Source: Candidatus Lustribacter sp. (GTDB lineage Bacteria > Vulcanimicrobiota > Vulcanimicrobiia > Vulcanimicrobiales > Vulcanimicrobiaceae). From it: DNA of 64,000 nucleotides. The notes under the pieces are model-generated. The model was not told the origin of the DNA. It saw only the letters and a program-made list of their open reading frames with translations, and did not search any database. A program made the position numbers and the translations under genes. Below, piece after piece: positions 60,753 through 64,000 of the stretch. The stretch is from positions 416,001 through 480,000 of the forward strand of contig OZ255842.1 of the NCBI GenBank assembly GCA_965277805.1, read 5' to 3'. Numbering within the stretch: position 1 is the first letter of the stretch; the number at the start of each line of letters is the position of its first letter.

Positions 60753-60830
60753 GTGTTAAATCCCGTTCGCCTCGGTCTCGTCGTTATCGTTCTTGTCGCC
60801 CTTACGGGTCGGCGAGGCATTGCTGCGTAG
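60753..60830 (+). CDS. ilv leader peptide [25 protein letters not shown]
   Basis: Run of Leu/Val/Ile codons ([11 protein letters not shown]) upstream of a terminator and ilvC. Confidence 0.85.
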   Translation: MLNPVRLGLVVIVLVALTGRRGIAA

Positions 60831-60850
60831 AACGAATCAACGAACGCTGC

Positions 60851-60886
60851 AAGCCCCTCGCCGGAGTCGACGAGGGGTTTTTTGTT
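60851..60886 (+). terminator. Attenuator terminator of the ilv leader
   Basis: AAGCCCCTCG-CCG-GAGT-CGA-CGAGGGGTT-TTTT; antiterminator GGCGAGG 60811-60817 can pair with CCTCGCC 60856-60862. Confidence 0.88.
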
Positions 60887-60907
60887 GCCAACCGTTCCGG
60901 AGGATCC

Positions 60908-61921
60908 ATGGAAGCCATCTATGACCGCGATATCGACCGCGGCGCAATCGAAGGAAAGACGATCGCCATCATCGGCTACGGGAGCCAGGGCCGCGCGCAC
61001 GCGCTGAACCTGCGCGACTCGGGCTGCAACGTTGTCGTCGGTCTGCGCGGCGATTCGAAGTCGCGGCCCGAGGCTCAGCGCGAAGGGCTCGAGGTAGCGG
61101 AAGTCGCCGACGCCGTCAAACGCGCCGACGTCACGATGATCCTGATCCCCGATGAAGAGCAGCCGGCAACGTACATGCGCGACATCAAGGACAATCTCAA
61201 GCCGGGATCGGCGCTGGCGTTTGCGCACGGCTTCGGCATTCACTTCGGTACGATCGTCCCGCCGGCCAACGTCGACGTGTGGATGTGCGCACCGAAGGGG
61301 CCGGGCCGCATGGTCCGCCACGAATACGAAATGGGCCGCGGCGTGCCGTGCCTGATCGCGATCCACCAAGACTACTCCGGCAAGGCCAAAGCGATCGCGG
61401 CCGCATACGCGAGCGGCATCGGCGGCGGACGCGCGGGCATTCTCGAGACGAACTTCCGCGAAGAAACCGAAACCGATCTGTTCGGCGAACAAGCCGTGCT
61501 CTGCGGCGGCACGACGGCGCTCGTCACGGCCGGATTCGAAACGCTGGTGGACGCCGGCTACGCGCCCGAGATGGCGTACTTCGAATGCCTGCACGAGCTC
61601 AAGCTCATCGTCGACTTGATGTACGAAAAAGGCATCGAGGGCATGCGCGAGAGCATCAGCAACACCGCCAAGTACGGCGACTACACGCGCGGTCCGCGCA
61701 TCGTGAACGACGAGACCAAAGCGACGATGAAGACAATGCTCAAAGAAATCCAGTCCGGCGATTTCGCGAAGCAGTGGGTCGCGGAACACGCCGCCGGCAA
61801 GCCGAACTTCAAGAACTACAAGGCAGCTGCGGAAAAACACCCGATCGAAGCGGTCGGCGTCAAACTCCGCCAGCTCATGCCGTGGTTCCAAACCAACAAG
61901 GCTCCGGCAATAGCGAAATGA
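60908..61921 (+). CDS. ilvC: Ketol-acid reductoisomerase
   Basis: [41 protein letters not shown]. Confidence 0.97.
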   Translation: MEAIYDRDIDRGAIEGKTIAIIGYGSQGRAHALNLRDSGCNVVVGLRGDSKSRPEAQREGLEVAEVADAVKRADVTMILIPDEEQPATYMRDIKDNLKPGSALAFAHGFGIHFGTIVPPANVDVWMCAPKGPGRMVRHEYEMGRGVPCLIAIHQDYSGKAKAIAAAYASGIGGGRAGILETNFREETETDLFGEQAVLCGGTTALVTAGFETLVDAGYAPEMAYFECLHELKLIVDLMYEKGIEGMRESISNTAKYGDYTRGPRIVNDETKATMKTMLKEIQSGDFAKQWVAEHAAGKPNFKNYKAAAEKHPIEAVGVKLRQLMPWFQTNKAPAIAK

Positions 61922-63612
61922 TTCCCGCAATTACGCCGCGGCCGCGTACCGGCGGTGACGCGGTGCTCGAAGCGCTCGAACGTGAAGGGGTCGATGTCAT
62001 TTTCGGCTACCCCGGCGGCACGATCATGCCGTTCTACGATGCGCTCTACGGACACCCCATGCGTCACATCCTCGTCCGGCACGAAGCGGGCGCGGCGTTT
62101 GCAGCGGGTGGGTATGCGCGAACCAGCGGACGCGTCGGCGTCTGCTGCGCAACCTCGGGTCCGGGGGCGACGAACCTCGTCACCGGCCTCGTCGATGCGA
62201 TGATGGATTCGATCCCGGTCGTGGCGATCACGGCTAACGTGCGCATGGCGCTGATGGGCACCGATGGTTTCCAAGAAGCCGACGTCTGCGCGATCACGCA
62301 GTGCGCGACCAAAGCCTCGATCCTGATCACGGATCCCGGTCAGCTCTACACCAAAGTGCGTGAAGCGTTTGCGCTCGCGCGCAGCGGCCGGCCGGGCCCC
62401 GTGCTGGTCGACATCCCGACCGACGTGCTGAAAGCACCGTACGTGCCCGAACAGCATCCGCCGCGCAAGGTCAACGACGTGAAACCGGTCGCAACGCCGG
62501 AATCAATCAAGGCCGCAGCCGACGCGATTCGCAATTCGCACCGTCCGGTGGCGATTGCCGGCGGCGGCGCGCGCGAACCGCGCGCGGTCAAAGCGTTCCG
62601 CGAACTCTGCGCGCTATTGGGCCTGCCGCACACGACGACGATCTGCGGTCTCGGCGCATCGGATCCGAACGACGTGCACGGGCTCGGCATGCTCGGCATG
62701 CACGGCACGAAAGCCTCGAACCTCACCGTGCACACGGCCGACGTCGTGCTGGCGTTCGGCATGCGGTTCGACGATCGCGTCACCGGCCGTCCCGATCGCT
62801 TCGCCAAGGGCGCGACGGTCGTGCACAACGACATCGACGTTTCCGAATTCAACAAGATCATCCCGACCGACGTGATGCTGCACGGCGATTCGGCCGACAC
62901 GATCAAGGCGCTGATCGCCGAGCTGAAAACCGGGCACGTGCCGCGCTTCGACGATTGGGCCGTGCAGGCCAAAGCGCTGGGCGGTCCGCTGCCGAGCGAT
63001 GAGTCCAAAGACGGTCATCTGTCGGCGACCGACTTCCTCGATCAGCTCTTCGCCTCGATGCCGCCCAAGTCGATCGTCTCGACCGACGTCGGCCAGCATC
63101 AGATGTGGAGCGCGCAGCGTTTCAAACCGAACACGCCGCGCGACTTCTGCACCTCGGCGGGGCTCGGCTCGATGGGCTTCGGCTTTCCGGCCGCAATCGG
63201 CGCGTGTTTCGCCAATCCCGGCCGGCCCGTGTTTGCGATCTGCGGCGACGGCGGCTTCCAGATGACGATGCCCGAACTCGCGACCGTGAAACGCTACCAG
63301 GTGCCGGTGAAGATCGTGCTGATCGACAACCGCAATCTCGGCATGGTGCGTCAATGGCAAGAGCTGTTCTACGACGAGCGCTACTCGGCGACGAACCTCT
63401 CCGACAACCCGGACTTCGGCACGATCGCCAGCGCCTACGACATCGAAGCGTTCCGCATCAGCGGACCCGAGGATGCGCCGTCGGTGCTCGCGGCGTTCCT
63501 CGCCTACAGCGGCCCGGCATTGCTCCACGTTTCGTGCTACCCCGACGAACTCGTCTGGCCGATGATTCCGGCCGGCGGCGTCGTCGAAGATCTGATGGAA
63601 TCGCGGACCTGA
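61918..63612 (+). CDS. ilvB: Acetolactate synthase large subunit
   Basis: [54 protein letters not shown]. Confidence 0.96.
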   Translation: MIPAITPRPRTGGDAVLEALEREGVDVIFGYPGGTIMPFYDALYGHPMRHILVRHEAGAAFAAGGYARTSGRVGVCCATSGPGATNLVTGLVDAMMDSIPVVAITANVRMALMGTDGFQEADVCAITQCATKASILITDPGQLYTKVREAFALARSGRPGPVLVDIPTDVLKAPYVPEQHPPRKVNDVKPVATPESIKAAADAIRNSHRPVAIAGGGAREPRAVKAFRELCALLGLPHTTTICGLGASDPNDVHGLGMLGMHGTKASNLTVHTADVVLAFGMRFDDRVTGRPDRFAKGATVVHNDIDVSEFNKIIPTDVMLHGDSADTIKALIAELKTGHVPRFDDWAVQAKALGGPLPSDESKDGHLSATDFLDQLFASMPPKSIVSTDVGQHQMWSAQRFKPNTPRDFCTSAGLGSMGFGFPAAIGACFANPGRPVFAICGDGGFQMTMPELATVKRYQVPVKIVLIDNRNLGMVRQWQELFYDERYSATNLSDNPDFGTIASAYDIEAFRISGPEDAPSVLAAFLAYSGPALLHVSCYPDELVWPMIPAGGVVEDLMESRT

Positions 63613-63613
63613 C

Positions 63614-63829
63614 GTGACCTACGACCTCGTGGTTGGTGATCCGCGCACCGTAGCGCGGGTCATCAACATGGCTCACCGTTTCCAATGCCGCGCGTCGCGC
63701 GTCGACTCGACCTCGAGCGACACCGTGACGACGGCGCACTTCGAATTCGCCGGCGATGCGAAACAGCTCGACCGGTTGCGCGCGCAAATCGATCGCATCG
63801 TCCAATTCGAGAAAATATTTGTATCGTGA
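63614..63829 (+). CDS. 71-aa ACT-like acetolactate synthase small subunit (IlvM-sized)
   Basis: Follows ilvB; size and RV....HR pattern. Confidence 0.6.
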   Translation: MTYDLVVGDPRTVARVINMAHRFQCRASRVDSTSSDTVTTAHFEFAGDAKQLDRLRAQIDRIVQFEKIFVS

Positions 63830-64000
63830 AAAAGTCACTGTTCGATAAAATTTGGGAATCCCACGTCGTCGAGGAACTCGCCGGCGGCAACGCGCTGATC
63901 TTCGTCGACCTGGTGGTCGCGCACGAGATCACGTCGCCCCAGGGCATCATCGCGATCGAGAAAGACTTCGGCGACAAGCTCTACGATCCGAACAAGATCG
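63826..64000 (+). CDS. leuC: 3-isopropylmalate dehydratase large subunit, runs off the window
   Basis: MKKSLFDKIWESH...HEITSPQ; GTGA overlap. Confidence 0.9.
   Translation, partial: MKKSLFDKIWESHVVEELAGGNALIFVDLVVAHEITSPQGIIAIEKDFGDKLYDPNKI

Overview
High-GC bacterial chromosomal window (roughly two-thirds GC by eye). Gene style suggests a soil lineage such as Candidatus Eremiobacterota, but this is a guess. About 70 CDSs. Core blocks: a shikimate operon (aroA-aroE-aroC-aroK-aroB-aroQ); an OmpR/MprA-like two-component system; def-fmt-rsmB-fhaA-fhaB-PP2C-like, then rodA, with hppD-lrp in between; leuA; menA; a beta-oxidation trio; a coxSMGL-like molybdo-hydroxylase; 3-hydroxyanthranilate dioxygenase with RidA; an NfrB-like glycosyltransferase; hyi-rpiA; and ilvC-ilvB-ACT-leuC. 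No tRNA, rRNA, CRISPR array, integrase or transposase was seen. Features the ORF track misses or does not explain: (1) two paralogous ~67-aa Cys/His micro-proteins with a shared motif and a shared 5' hairpin, each beside a signalling gene; (2) a lower-GC patch encoding a PDZ-like/multi-TM/SARP-like regulator, a secreted Cys-repeat peptide, a lone TonB C-terminal domain and an ATLF-like peptidase; (3) a fha/rodA cluster carrying two apparent pseudoenzymes; (4) Leu and Ile/Leu/Val leader-peptide attenuators; (5) three probable CTG starts; (6) a REP-like repeat family including a three-layer nested inverted repeat; (7) a perfect sigma-54 consensus; (8) two frameshifts in simple repeats. All protein family calls come from motif recognition by eye, not database searches.
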